DNA of 64,000 nucleotides from Camelus dromedarius (lineage: Eukaryota). Position numbers and translations under genes: made by a program. Below are positions 1 through 14,265 of the stretch, piece after piece (position 1 is the first letter of the stretch; each line of letters begins with the position of its first letter). Location of the stretch: NCBI RefSeq assembly GCF_036321535.1, contig NC_087436.1, forward strand, positions 52,826,001 through 52,890,000, read 5' to 3'. Under the pieces are notes generated by a model. The model ran no database searches. It was given only the letters and a program-made list of their open reading frames with translations, and was not told the DNA's origin.

Positions 1-3000
1 TCACTCACAGTGGATCTGCCTCTTGACGAAACCCTGACTGACATACTGGCAAAACTACACTGATGAGCAAGGGAACATCTCACACAAAATTCAAGGTACT
101 GGTGTCCTCTGGTGGGTAGTGGGGAGGGGAAAGCATTAAGGAGGGGCACACAGGGCACATCTAAGGCACTGGAATGTTCTTTTTCTTAAGACAGGTGGTG
201 GGGACACAAGCATTCATTTTATTAACATTATCAAATTGTACAAAATACCTACTACTCTATGTGTTAAGTTTTACAATTAAAAGTTGGAAATAAAAAAAAG
301 TTACAGTGAAAGGTTTCAAGCCAGAGAGTCCAAATCTTTAGGGAAAGTCAAGACACTTTAAAGGAGGAGGAGAAAATCAATCTCATGGCTCAAGGACAAA
401 GGCGCTGTTAGCTCCTGGGACAGGATCCCCGTGCAGAGAGGCAAAAGAGGCGGTCAGACCCAGAGACCCCGAAGATGAGGTGACAGACTGCTCATTCCGC
501 AGTCTGCGATTCTTTAAACAGCTCTGATTTAGAAGGAATTGATAATTATTACACATATATATTAGTTTTTCTGGATTTTGACTCAAACTATATGACTTTG
601 AGCAAATTGATTTAGGGCACTGTTACTTAGTAGAAGTCTAGATAATCAGAATATGGGATATCCAAGAAAGGAAATTCAAACCTGGATTCCAGAAGAATGT
701 ATCTGCATTTCAAATAGAGACAGGGACTGTGTCCTTGGGACTACATCAAACTGCTACCAAGCATCCACTGAAAACCAGGGCAGGAAGGAGGGGTGGAAAG
801 AAACATGGCGATGTCTGAAGAGAGCCCTTTGGAAAAACATTGCATGGACTCTCACTCAGCATTGAAATTCCTTAATGATTCTATTGTACTGCATGATGGA
901 ACATCTTAATGCAGCAGAATGCTACTATGTGTGTTATAGTTTAGCTACGTTCATTGAGGACTGATAAAATCTAAACCAGAATCTGTGATAAAGATAGAAA
1001 ATAGGTTTTGCAAGTGGATTTTTATCCAGAGAATGAAATGGCCACAGGATGGCAGTAAAAGGTAAGCGATAAGGATAAGCCATGTCTTTCACGGATCCTT
1101 AAAAGCCCTTAAAAGTGTTTTAAGATATACGAAGCTTCGAGTGGTTGAATATAACCTGGGTACTATTCTTAGAATTAGATCTAGAAACAAACAAAAACTC
1201 CTAAATACTAGAATTCTTCGACTAAAATTGGTTTCCTCGAGTGTTTTCCATGCCCAATTTATGATGATGACACCTTAAAGATTCCATGCCTCTTATACCT
1301 CTATCTTAAAGTTTGAACCAATATTATTACAAGTAAATTATAAAGTAACTAAGTTATGTCTTAAAGGGAATTCAAAAGTCTATGGCAAGCTTTCCACCTC
1401 AGTTTCCCTTGAGTTCTCCACCCTGGATGCTCTTCCTCTGCCCTCATCCTATTTCCAATCGAAGTCATTAATCAGCTCAAAAACACATTTTTAAAGGTCC
1501 TCTGCTCACTTTGAAAATGATCCTTGGATTCCAAATCTTGGCTTAAATCATCTGCCTGGTGAAATCTTCATACTCATAAATGTAAATGAAGCTCACTAAT
1601 GTACTCCCAATTTTAACTCTTCTGAAGTCATCACATCAGAGCTGATGTGCAAACAGCCAGTGAAGGAGCTTTAATACAAAGGAACTCTTATCAAAGGATT
1701 ATCAACTATGTGCTACATATGTAAAGCACACACTGGATTTCAAAGATTTTGTATGGAAAAAGGACTGTAAATTGTCTCATATTTTGCATATTGTAATAGA
1801 AATTATGATATTTTATGCATATCAGATTAAATGAAAACATTGTTAAAAATTTTTTTTAAAGAAATACCAAAGATAATCTTGATCAGGAGAACCATGAATT
1901 ATGGGACAAAGGTTGGGCGCAAGATGCATGTTCATTAATTTGTTCTACATAAATTTTTCCATGAATGCAAGGTGCCAGGCAGTGTGACTTGTGCTGGAGA
2001 GAGTGGTGGGAAAGAGTATTCACCCTCAAGGAGCCTACGTCTAGTTGGGACAACAGACAGGTAAATAGGCAAACACGAGGCAGTGACAACTGCTAAGGTA
2101 GAAAGTCAGTTCCTAGTGGGCACTAGAACGTGAACTCTCAGAGGGTAGGGATTTGGGTCTGTTTTGTTCGTTACCCCCATGCAGGAATGGCTACATCATT
2201 TGTGAGGCCCAGTGCAAAATGAAACTGTGGGGTTCCTTGTTAAAAAGAAAATGATTCAGCCAAATGTGGGACTCCTGCTGAGTTCAGAGGGTGTGAGGCC
2301 GCCCCCGCCCCATGCCTAAAACAGTGCCAAGCATCCAGTAGGCGTTCATTAAATATTTGTGAAAAGAAAGGAACGGAAGGAGGGAAGAAGAGCAGGCAGA
2401 GAGGGGGCCATGAGAGGTCTAAGAAAGACTTCGGGAGCTGGACTTCAGTCAGCCAAGATTCCCTGGGCAAGTTGAGATGGGAAAGGCAGAGTAGGACAGC
2501 CCCAGGGAACAAACGGAGTAAGAGAGAACGCTTTACTCAGAAGGAAGTGAAGTCCCACAAGAAGAGGGAGAACCTGGCTCACGGAGGAACTAGGGGTCAT
2601 AAAATTAGCTGGGTAATGCATATTAATCCACATTATTAAAAAAAAGAAAAAAAGAAGGGAAATATTAGTGTGTATCTTCCATTTTTCCATAACATTTTTA
2701 TCGGTTATATTATGCACATGTGTGCATGTATGTTTACTGGATCACAGTGCAAACGCTGACAATTATTTACTAGGTTAAGGTTACTGAAGCATGAAAGGCT
2801 AGAGCCGGAGGAGTGTGGTGTGAGCAGAGGTCGGGGGAGGTGAGGTGAGGGCAGTGAAATGAGGATGAGCCTGGAAAAGTAGCAGAAATTAGTTCAGGCG
2901 GGGCCTTGCACATCTCATTAAAAATTTAGATATCATTCTGATGGCATTAAGTCACCAAAACTTTTAAAACAAGAGTGACGTAATCAGACTGCGCTCAAAA

Positions 3001-3441
3001 ATTAGCTGCCTTTTGGAATGAACTCCCCACTCTGCGGCCAATCTTATCATTCCCAGGTTAAAAACCTTAACTGCCTTCCAACAGCTCTTGGAATAAAAAA
3101 AAGCAAATTTTTTTCTGGTTTCCAGGCCCCTTCTAAGGCTAAGGCCAGACCTCACCGGGGCTAACTCCCACCCAACCCACCTGACCCCTAAATGCCGGTC
3201 CTCTCCTGTCTGCTGGGCACCAGCCCGCCTCTGCCTGGGTGGTGCTGGGAACATTCTCTTGCCACTGCCCTCTGCCAGCCCTCTGCTTGGTGAATCCCTC
3301 CTTGTCTTTCTGGCTTTAGGTTAGAGACCCCCTGGGCTCTTCATGCTGCCTTTCTCTGAGCTCCCACTTTCCTTCCCATGTATTGAGATCCCAGAAGCCC
3401 TATCACACTCAGCGTTTGAATGGTTACTCGTTTAAAGTCTT

Positions 3442-3556
3442 GGTGGTAGAGTCGTGCTTAGCATGGACGAGGTTCTGGGTTCAATCCCCAGTACCTCCAT
3501 AAAAATAAACAAATAGATAAATAAACCGAATTACCTCCTCTCATCAAAAAATAAAT
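3442..3556 (+). mobile_element. 5'-truncated Vic-1 type SINE
   Basis: gtggtagag..tgcttagcatg..gaggttctgggttcaatccccagtacctcca then an A-rich segment; similar to the 5561 copy. Confidence 0.8.
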
Positions 3557-5209
3557 TCTCTGTCCCCACGCGGAGGCAGAGACGGTTGGTGGGGCCTCAC
3601 CGTATCATCTAACGCGCGAGCGGCCAGTAGGAGCGCCGACGAGCTGCAATATACTCCAGGAGCGGACATAAACACGGAAAACACATCTCCGGAAGCACAG
3701 GTTCCTAGGAAAAACTATGACCGCAACTCAGATGAGGTAAGAGACTGGAGATGGAGAGAAATGCACAGCTACAAGAGCTCTTCGGAATGCACAATTGACG
3801 GCATGCTCCTATATTTTCATGCTGGGCTAATTGCATTTCACCTGGCTGCTCAGTGCCTTCTCTGGCCTGGGTTTCTTCCTACAGAACAGCACTAACCGTA
3901 AAACTCCATTGAGCTAATGCAGTGGGAGGATTGTGACCCTGAAGAATTTATGAACCTGGAGCTACTCAGGACTGATGTACCCTCTCTTATTATTCTGGTA
4001 AGCTCCCCAGGCAAAGCAGGAAAGAAACCAAATGCTAATTCCTCTACTTCAGACAATAATAGCAGCTCAGACTTTGGGTTGGGGCTGGGTGCCTTTTTAC
4101 TTGAGAGACTATTTCCTTTCTCAATACCTCCCTCTGAATGTAAGGTCTGTCCTTGAGAAATTTCCTGCAACTCAATTGGTCCATAATTAGAGGAAGCAGC
4201 GTATCAGCGTCCTCCATCAGTGGGGATATCAAAAGACCCAACCCTGAGGATACCCTCCCTCCTGGCCATAAAGCTTGTGCAGGCCTTCCTCCTCACAGTT
4301 CTGAAAAAGGAATTCCAACTTACCTGTGACTCCGGGAAAGACACTGAAAGAATCTTATTTATAATCCCCAGAAACGTTTCTCAGATGGCTTTGCTCCCAA
4401 ATTCTCTAGCCTCCTCAAACTACTCTATACCTTTTTTCTTAAGCAAATCCCCCAAAACTCTCTTTCCACTCTCTTTTTTTCATTCCCTGCTCTTTATTAT
4501 ATAGACTTTGCTGCTCTCACTAAGAACCTTTCCCTTCTCTTTTTAACTAAGTCAGGGGTCCTGTGCAAGACTGCCAGCATGGCTGAGGAGTCTGTAGATG
4601 ACCCAAAAGCACCCAGGTCAAGGGCTAAAGCAGGCGATGATTTCCAACTGGGGCTCCTCTCATACCCAGAGGTCTACTGGGGTCTCCCAAGTCAGCTGGG
4701 CTTCACCTACCATGAGATTCTTTTCCAATTATTGGCTCAGAAGCAGGTGCTCCTCAGGACTGCCAGGGAGGGAGCAGAGGGAAGCTAACTGAGCACACAG
4801 TTCTCTCCCTTTTGGGGAGGAGGGCCGGAGAAAGGCTGAAAACACTCACAGGTGAATCATATTGTATGTGAAAATGAGTATAGACTCCTTATGCTTATAC
4901 ATTTTACATAATAATAAAGCCAAGTCAAACTTACAAATTCTATTTTAAACACTAAAAAGCAATACATTCAAATGTACCACTAGATTTGAGCTCTGCTACC
5001 ATTTCCAAAGAGCAGTAACCAGCATCTTGTTCTAAAATGTATTTGGAACCTCACAGTATTTAGAGACGTAATATCCATGCTGATTGATAGGAGAGTTTGT
5101 CATTTTTGATCATTTTGTGCTCTTTTTAAGGCACCCACACAGTTCTCCTCAGGTTCTCGTGTGATATTGCTCTATAATTCCTTTTGACTCTGCCAATAAT
5201 AATTAGTCA

Positions 5210-5830
5210 TTTATAAAGTGTCAGTTGGATCCTCTGAGAAGCAGATGTCAAAATAAGATAGAGGCACAAGAGATTTCTTGAAGGAAATGTCTGTGAAGGG
5301 AAAAAAGCAAGAGAAGGCAGGGGGAGCCTCCAGACCATGACAGAGGTCTGACATTGTGAAGAGAAAGGGAAGGAGAGATGGGGCAGGAAAAGCCTCATAT
5401 AGAAGCACAGTTCTTCAAAGTCTCAGCCAGCCAATGGGTGTCCCCAGCTGAATTCGGGCCAGCTCTGGTAAATACACTGTGATTGGGGATTGGTGGCGAG
5501 CAGCCTGGGGAAAGTGCAACCTCACATCCTGGTAAAGGCGGATCCAAAGATAATAGCTGGTGGGGAGGTATAGCTCAGTGGTAGGGTGCATGCCTAGCAC
5601 TCATAAGGTCCTGGGTTCAATCCCCAGGACCTCCATTAAATAAATAAATAAATAATCCTAATGACCCCCCCCCAACAAAATTTAAATACATACATAAATA
5701 AATCACAGAAATAAATAAAATTCAAACAAACAAACAAACAAAGGTAACAGCTGGCTGTCAGTTCACTGTGTTCTCCACTGTAGATTCTCTGAAAAGGACG
5801 CTGGAGCAGTGCACCTCCATGGCCACCACA
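5210..5830. mobile_element. MLT1 (ERVL-MaLR) LTR split by the SINE
   Basis: ttggatcctctgagaagcagatg...cacctccatggccaccaca. Confidence 0.6.
5561..5738 (+). mobile_element. Full-length tRNA-derived SINE, camelid Vic-1 type, inserted into an older MLT1 LTR
   Basis: ggggaggtatagctcagtggtag (A box), ggttcaatcccc (B box), (TAAA)n middle and A-rich tail; TSD caaagataatagctgg / caaaggtaacagctgg. Confidence 0.85.
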
Positions 5831-6555
5831 TACAGCTTAATGTAAATGACTATAAAACTCCAAGTGTTTATGCTTCCAAGGATGTTTGCTTATAAACTCT
5901 TGCACAGATATCTGCATTTTATATTTTATTACAAATTATAAAACATTGTATTTCAGAAATCATCAAACCTGTGAGAAATTTGGACAAAGGAAATCAGAGG
6001 CCTTTGATCAACTCCTAAGACCCTAAAGACTGCCAAGGAAGAAAGCAAGCATCCTCCCATATTTCCCTTCCCAGCCTCAGCCATCTCCCCGTGCTTCTGC
6101 CCTTCGCACGCTCTTCAGTATGCCCTCACTCACCAAGTGCATTGTGCAGTAGGGTCAAGCCAACCTCCCACCTAAACAGTGCCAGTCTTGTGGAGGGTGT
6201 GGTTTCAGAATAGATTATTCAACTTTTTCTTCACACCAATTAAATTTAAAGACCAAGTTCCATGCCTCAACTCAAATTTGCTGTGCTGTTCTGGTACAAC
6301 TAAAATATGTTCCCAATTGAGGTAATATTCAACAGTTTGAGAAAACTCGGTCAATTCAAGTCAGCCTCAGGTAAAAGTGGAATTTTTCTGGCACATTTAT
6401 GTATGTGTGTGGTACGTATGTATGTATTTGTGCTAGGAATATAAATAATAAGAGTCTTTGAATGCTTGAAGGAAAATGTATTAGAAATGCATATTTTGTT
6501 GGTTTTCTTTGGTTTGTTTGTTTTCTGATAATATCCCAAGGGGAGGATGGGGGCA

Positions 6556-6910
6556 GTATGTTAGTTCTGGCTGCTGTAACAGAATACCATAGACTGAATG
6601 GCTTAAAGAGTAAACATTTATTTTTCACAGTTCTGGAGCTGGAAGCCTGAGATGAGGGTAGGGTTCTTGGTGAGGACCTTCTTCCTGGTCTGCAGACACA
6701 GCTGCTTCCTTGCTGTGTCCTCATAAGGCAGACAGAGGGAACTAGCTCTCAGGTCTCTTCTTAGAAGGACACTAATCCCATAATAAGGGCCCCACCCTCA
6801 TCTACACCGAATTACCTCCCAAAGATCCCCATCTCCAAATACCATCACAGGGGCGGTTAGGGTTTCAACATTTATGAATTTGGAGGGGGTACATAACATT
6901 TAGTCCAGAG
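6556..6910 (-). mobile_element. MLT1A/B-like MaLR LTR
   Basis: ggctgctgtaacagaataccatagactg...aaggacactaatccca...aataccatcacagg. Confidence 0.8.
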
Positions 6911-8821
6911 CAAGCAGGAACACCACCAGGGAAGAGGCATGGAAAAGTCTTAATATTCTTACAGATACCTTTGAGATGAAGGCAATCCTAAGCCAAACAC
7001 AAAGCAGATGCTTTATTGTCAGTCCCCAAATGGTTAGTTACTGAGGCTACTCTGTGTTTTACCAACAGGAGCCAGGAACGTAAGTGAGTGAAGAAGGACT
7101 ACAGAGCTGTATCTGAATATAAGTTGGGAGGAATGGTGGCTGTGACAAATTAGAGAGAATCTGGCTCCCTTAAATAAGACAGCCACCGTTCATCTCCAGC
7201 CTTCTAAGAATTTAGTTTTGTGCATTTCCTGTTGCTTAATGGTAATAGGGTAGTGTAGGATTTTTTATGTGAAGTCTTCTTATGATTAAATGTTGGTTCA
7301 AAACAATATATAAAACAATCTTCTGGCCAAATAAATATGGCTATAAACCAGTTGTATTGCATAGGCCACTGAATTTCAGCCTGTCCTTTACTGCAATGCC
7401 TTTCCCAGAAATACTTATATTATAATGGCTTGTAAACCTTTAAAGGGAAAAATTCTGGCAAGTTAGATTTTCAGACTAAAGAAAGGGGAGGATATTGAAC
7501 ATTGTACCTTCTCAGGGCCCCCTAAGTCTCAGATGCACAGAACTGCCCATTCTAACAAGGTCTAAGACTAATCTTGGCTGGAAAACATAGTCTAAATGAA
7601 CGCTTTGACTTTCTACAAGAATCACATCCATCTTCCATAATAGTTTTATTTCATCACCCATGAAAAAGCACACAGTCATTATTTTGGTAAGCACTTCAAT
7701 TTTATTTAAAAAGTAAAGCCCTTGGCTTAAAAGGCGCTTTCTCCCAGTTGGTGTATTATAAGAATAACAAGCCTCCCACATTTGCCCTAGACCTCACATT
7801 TGCCTGGTCATGGCCTGTATGTGCTGTCAGTCACCATCCCTAATTTAAAAGGTACCAAGTATAAAGGAAAAAGTAATTATCTGTTCAAGGTCTGATTCTG
7901 TAGCTTAACTGCTTGAATGGCTCCCCAAAATTCCACTGGGAAGCATAGGCACAGAAGTGCTAGAGCATCTCATCTTTTCTGTTGAAAAGTTAAAATAGGG
8001 CATCTTATCACCATGGTTACAGAGTTCTGTGGGTAGTCTTGGTCCCTTCCCAACCAAAAAGATCAGCTAAGTGACCAACAGGGATTCTGAACTGCAGCTG
8101 CACTGACATGCTGATAACAGCAGAGGAGCTTGCAGGCAACCTGAGACATCTGGGAGCTGACATATGGCTTCACATAACAGGTCTACAGAAGGGGAAAAAT
8201 GTGTATTCCAATACTTACAATTGTAAAAATCAATGTGAACTTTGGCTTATTTTAAAAATTAGAAGATAAAGTATTCATTATAAATATGTATAGAAGGGTA
8301 ATTTGCATTGATATTCATCACATGTATATAAGATTAACAGAATTAAATTAAACCTGATAGAAGCAGAATGCATAGTGTTCCTTAAAATACATAAGTATAC
8401 TTGAATGTGTCCACAAACAGCTAACTAATATTGGGTATTTTCTACATGTGTTGGATGTTGTGGGTGATTCAAATGAAAGAGGTAACATCTCCACCTTCAA
8501 ACAGCCCATAAACTAATCAGAGATTTGTAAACAGAAAAATTACTAGGCAGCATAATAAGTGCTATGTAAATGTAATCTATAAATTGTTAGGGGACCCAAG
8601 AGGAAAGAATAATTGTTTAGGGAATTCCAGGGAGGCTTCTGAATGCAAAGCACATTTGAACGGGTTCTTTTCTTTCTTTTTCTCTTTCTTTCTTCTCCTT
8701 TTTCCTCTCCTCCCTGCCCCTCCCCCTCCTTTTTTGTCGATTTAAGTATAGTCAGGTCACAGTGAACTGTTTCTTAACAGAGGAGCCGGAAGATAGAGCC
8801 TGCGCAGTCCCAGCTGGGAAA

Positions 8822-8840
8822 GAGCGCCACCTGTAGGCAG
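8822..8840 (-). promoter_or_regulatory. CTCF-like core motif
   Basis: The minus strand reads ctGCCTACAGGTGGCGCTC, close to the CTCF consensus CCASYAGRKGGCRS, in a small GC/CpG-richer patch. Confidence 0.5.
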
Positions 8841-11244
8841 TGACGGTAAGAAGACCTTTGTGGTGGGAGCTCGGGGAGTGCACGCTCCACGGGCAAAAGC
8901 AGAAGTGGGGAAGGTTATTTGGAGTCTAAATAAGCAAAGCTTTTCATACTGGATTTAATACTGCAGGCAACAGGGAGCCAGTGGGACTTTAATCAGAAAG
9001 TAAGATGATCAAATTTAATCTGAGACGTCTTCGCTGCTGCCACATGGAGAAAGAACTAGAATAGTTAGAGACCCGTATCAAAAGTATAATGAGCACACTG
9101 GTCTGATGCACCAGCTTCTTTGTTGTTCAAAGACCTCTTCTTTTCTTAAGTAGGTATTTATAATAAAGAAAATTCTGAAAATGTACATATCAACTTTATA
9201 GTAGAACACCCATACCCCCCAGGATTTTGTGGATAGAAAAAGCATCTCATGTAACTTGGTATAGTCTCTTAATAAGAGAACAGTTTTAATTAATCTCTTT
9301 TTCAGAATTCTTAGACTAAAAGATTTGTTTGTTTGACTCTCATGCATTTTGCATTTCAGAACCTCGAAAAATATGCCTTGCCTAGAGCTCAAAGAGAGCA
9401 GAGATTATTTTAAAGACTTCCAAAAGAAAACCAAAAACAAACAGCAAAAAACCCCACAGCACTCTCTTGGAAATAAATTAATTCTGATATCTACAGCTTA
9501 TTCTTAGGAAGAGAAATAGGGAAATAATGCTACAGAATAAAAAGAGGGGAAATAAAGAAAAACAACAAAAGGGAATTCAAGGAGTATTTGAAACTGTTGT
9601 GCAGTGATCCCTAGGTGACAGTAAATATTTCCTACCTTCCTCCTCAGCCACCACTGACAAGTCATGAAACCTAGACAGGAAACCTAGACAATAATGAATC
9701 ACAGCCACATTCACCACGAATCATCAACAGACACAACTCTGGCAGCTTCTGTCAGCCTTGGGAGCCGGGAGGCCAAGACAAAAAGAATCCATCAGAGTTA
9801 TAAGAATACGGCTTCACCCATAAGCCCCAGGACAATTTCCTGCTGATTCCACAAGAGAGGATTACTGAATTTAATTTGGGAAAAAAGACACGATTAGGAC
9901 AGTATCTCCAGGTAATAGCCTAATCACCCACATATATTATCGATTATAGTGATACAACACAGTAATTTTCCCATTTCACAGGTGAGGTGACAGCTCTAGA
10001 GAAACTGAGTCATGTTCCTAAAGTCACACAGCTGGTAAGTGGCCCAAGCAGAACTGAATCTATGACTTCCTGATTCCAAAGCTTGTGCCATCAATCGAGG
10101 AGAGCTACCAACATAAGAGGGAATATCAAGGGCCAGTGGGGTAAGACAGTGAGTCCCGTAGTTTGGGGAAGAGAGAGACCCCTGTTTGGTCTGAAAGGTC
10201 AAAGAAGTCTTCACAGCAAGGTGGGAGCTGATCTGAGTCCTTTGTCCTGGATAAGTCAAAGGATGAAGAAAGCCCATTCCAGGTTTGAACGCAATAGCAA
10301 ACATGAAGAGATGTAAATCTGTAAGTGAGGTAAGATGTAAATTTGTACATGACCATCCACTTAATAACATATGTATTGTGCACCTATTATGTGTCAGGCA
10401 CCAGACTGGAGATGCAGTGGTAAACAAGAAGATAACGTGAGGAGAACATGCTTTGAAAATTGTTTTAAGCACCCCTGCCTTACAGGGTCTAGGTTAACCA
10501 ACATCATTATAACAAGAAGTTGGTAGAGAGAGAGAAAAAAAAAAGGCAAGGCTGTCAACATAATTTGGAGTTGTGAACTAATAAATTTATTCATGGTGAT
10601 GACAATTCTTATGTCATATCTCAATAGAAAATGCTTTTGAAGTGGCTTACAAAGATACCATATTGAATGGAACAAAATGTAAAAAGCGGATGAAATTAGA
10701 GTGAAGAGAATAAATACAAAAAATAAGAAGGTGAGGTATGGGCAGTCAAAAAGTTAAATACCTGTTGCAAAAGGCTGTAAATTTGGCTCTATACTTCCTA
10801 GCAGTCAAATCCTTCCCCCGTCCAAAAAAAAAAAAAAAAAAAAATCACCAGCAATACGGTCCCATAAGACAAAACAAGCCATTCAATTAAAATAAAAACA
10901 AAAATTAACTTCTGGTAGTAGGAGTAATGATAATAATAGCTAATATTTATTGGTTATCATGTACAGCTATAATATGGGCTTGACTGGTTTATACATAGTT
11001 TTTCATCTATTGCTCACAATAACCCCACGAGATGAGTGCTATTATAGTCTCCATTTTACAGAGAAGAAAACCAGGCCTTACAGAATTGAAGCAGATTTCC
11101 CAAAATCATCTCATCGGTAAGGGCTGGCAACCTCCGATCAAGTAAATTCCTTGCCTACCTCAAGCCCAGGGACTAACCACTAGGCTGCTACATCTTAGAT
11201 AAAATTTCCCTGTAAGTCCACAAGAAAATAGACCAAGCGGTGAA

Positions 11245-11410
11245 GAATAGTGCATTTCAGACTTCAGTGTGCATGTAAACCACCTGGGAATCTTAAAATG
11301 CAAGTTCTGATTCAGTAGATTCTGGGTTGGGGCTTGAGATTCTGCATTTCTCACCAGCTCCCCGGAGCTACTATGCTGCTGGCCCAGACCACACTGTGAC
11401 GGGTAAGGCT
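11245..11410. mobile_element. MER5A-like element; others at ~19970-20110, 20315-20460, 36960-37120, 37800-37995 and 60615-60790
   Basis: cacctgggaatcttaaaatgcaagttctgattcagtagattctgggttggggcttgagattctgcatttct. Confidence 0.75.
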
Positions 11411-13519
11411 GTAGGGAACCATATACCAACAGGTTCGAGGGGTTCTAGCACACAGAACCCCTTTAAAGAAGGGAATGACCGAGAACAAAGCATTTCAATA
11501 AAAGCATCTCTTTTTAACAACAGAAGTATACAAGGAATGCAGACTGGAATGGTTTATCCTAACCCAGGAATTTAAAATATCTAGAGAAAAAAATAGGTAA
11601 TAATAGACTAATAATATACATACCTCATGTTCCTACTAGTCTGTCTTTAATTGCAACAAAATTGTAACTAATCACTTCAACTAGAGACTGGTACTGCTGC
11701 CTAGATCTCAGTGAGGTGGGCGGAAGTGCTAATTACACACAGGGCTCTGAGTGACTGTGAGGAAGTAAAAAAAGGCCAAAGCCAAGGGAGATTCGGAGGG
11801 AAAGGGAAATGGCCTCCTATTTTTATGTCTAGAAGACAGGCTTTTCTAAAACAACTGCCGCGTGACAGCATCCGAGATAAAGAACTTCTCTTCTCAATTA
11901 ACAAAGGATGGGAAAGGGCTTCTGAGACTGCTGCTTCAGCGCCTACGATTTTTGAACAAAAGTGCATATGTTCAATCACTGTTTTGCTTTTAATTTAGAA
12001 TCTGTTGCCAAGGAAACATCAATATCTAAGCACATTCAAGGTAAATCTTTCTTGCTCCTGTTTTTGAAGTGAATCGTTTAGCAAGGTAGCAAGGAGTTAG
12101 AGAGGCAAGTTTGTTAGGTTTAATCGCAGTCAGTGTGTCCGTGATAAATCGGCGGGACCTCCTGATGCTTCCATTTCTTTACCCATAAAGTAATTATGAT
12201 TATCTTATACTCTCTCCAATTTATTTCTGGGGTATGATCCCTTTATCTGACATATAGTTTGTCATCTCTTTACGTATGGTTAGGAATCTATAGATTCAAA
12301 GTCTTCCGTGTGATTACACAGGGAAAGAAGGGGACTAAGAACCTCTATTTTCTCCCTTAGTCACGCAAAGCCAATACTCATGGCTTGCCAAAAGGAACTG
12401 AAGCAATGGGAGAGCAGAATGAAGTTTTTAAAAATCCTGTCCCTACAAATACAGTCGTCTCTTGGTATCTGCGGGGGACTGGCTCCAGGGCCCCCCACGA
12501 GATACCACAATCTGCGGATTTTCATATACGCCTTACATGAAAGGCGTAGTACAGTCAGCCTTCTTTATGCGCGCATGCAGAACCCGCGGTTGCACGGGGT
12601 CATGGTGCTGCGGCACGCAGCCTAGAAAAGCCACAAGCTGAGGTGTTTCCATCAAGGTCCTTCTGGGTCATTGGTCACAAGGTAGATGATCACAAAGAGG
12701 GACAGATTCTGGCAGTGTGCCCCAGAAGCTTGTGCAATTTGAGGGTTTCCTTTAGAAGAAAAATTCAAACTTATGAATTTAAAAATGTATCACCAAATAA
12801 GAAAGAAAATCGCAAGTAACACACTAGAAACTGACGCATAGCATAAGCATCCATAAAAACATAACATAATTATATTGACTTTGTGACATACTTCTGTTAG
12901 CCTTTTTTTCTATTTTTTGGACTTCATACTTTTGAAGCACCTTTTGTATGACAACTATTTTATGATTTCCATAGAGAAAATAGAAGGACTTCAGTATCTC
13001 TATAAGCAGGATTGTTCAAAATTCACCTTATTGATAGTTTAGAAAAGCTTTCAGGCTTGACCCTCATTATTGGTGACTATCCATGAATTTTTAGGATTAT
13101 GATCAAAGCTTTGATCATTTCTTCAATGTGAGCTCTAGGGCTTAAAAGAATTTTCTACCAGTTGCATCCAGTTCAGTACATATCAAAACTAGTCCTCCAC
13201 TACTCACATACTTCTGAGGCCGGATACTGCTCACACACTCAAAAGCTTGACAACGCCTCTGGCTTTACATCTGCACAAATCACAGTGGGCAGCTGGAGTT
13301 TTCCCAGAAGCCATTCTGGTTTGACCAGCTCTGTTTGGATCATTGAAAGCTGCCTATTTACTGTTTAGACTTGTGCTATTAGTCTATCCTAAATCCCTCT
13401 GAGAATGTGGCCACATGGGATAGTTCACCTCCAGGAAATCACAGACAGGCTCTTTTGGGGGCTTTAAGTGCAGTACATGCCGCATTAGGTGCCCAACACC
13501 CCTTCACAAATACTTCCAA

Positions 13520-14260
13520 ACAGATGTGCTCCCCATTATTACTCATCAGAGAAATGCAAAATGAAACTACTATAAGATAGCACTGTTACACTGACTAGAA
13601 GAGCTTAAATTTAAAGACTGACAGAACCAAGTGTTGGCAAGGACGTGGAGAAACCGGAACTCCCAAAAACTGATGGGGAGAATGTAAAATTGGCACAGCC
13701 ACTTTGCAAAAATGTTTGGCAGAGCTAACTAAAGTTAAATGCATATATTCTGTATAACCCAGCAGCTCCATTCCTGGGCAAACATCCAAAAGAAATGAGT
13801 GCTTACAGTCATCAAAAGTCATGTACAAGAATGCTCATAGGCACTTTTTTCATAATAGCCAGAAACTGGAAAGAAACTACTGCCCATCAAAAATAGAAAG
13901 AGTATATTGTGGTATAATCATACAATAGAATACTACATAGAAATGAGAATGAACTTGGTCAACTGCTGGCAACAACAGGATAAATCTCACAGACAGGCAT
14001 GATGAAAGAATGCAGACACAACAGATTATATAGCATAATATTTACACTAAATTTACAAGCAAATATGACAGCATTCACAAGCAGGTAAAATTACTCTGCG
14101 TGAGAGAGAACAGGATAATACTGTTACCTGAAAGTATTGACTAGGAAGGAAATCTGCATCTTCAACAGAGTGGTGGCTAGGCAGGTGCTCTGCATGTAAA
14201 ATTCATTGATTGTAGACTTAAGATTTATGTACCACAAATGTATACTTTGAAATGTTTTTT
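13520..14260 (+). mobile_element. Old L1 (L1ME-like) 3' fragment
   Basis: catcagagaaatgcaaa...ccaagtgttggcaaggacgtggagaaaccggaactc...acccagcagctccattcctgg. Confidence 0.75.
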
Positions 14261-14265
14261 ATATT

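Noticed and set aside
5561..5640. tRNA-like sequence with A and B boxes
   Set aside because: It is a SINE head: AT-rich tail, TSD and two further diverged copies in the window.
9996..10472. 158-aa minus-strand ORF and the many other 60-120 aa ORFs in the track
   Set aside because: They overlap MIR/L2/LTR relics or low-complexity DNA and lack motif or splice support; expected by chance.
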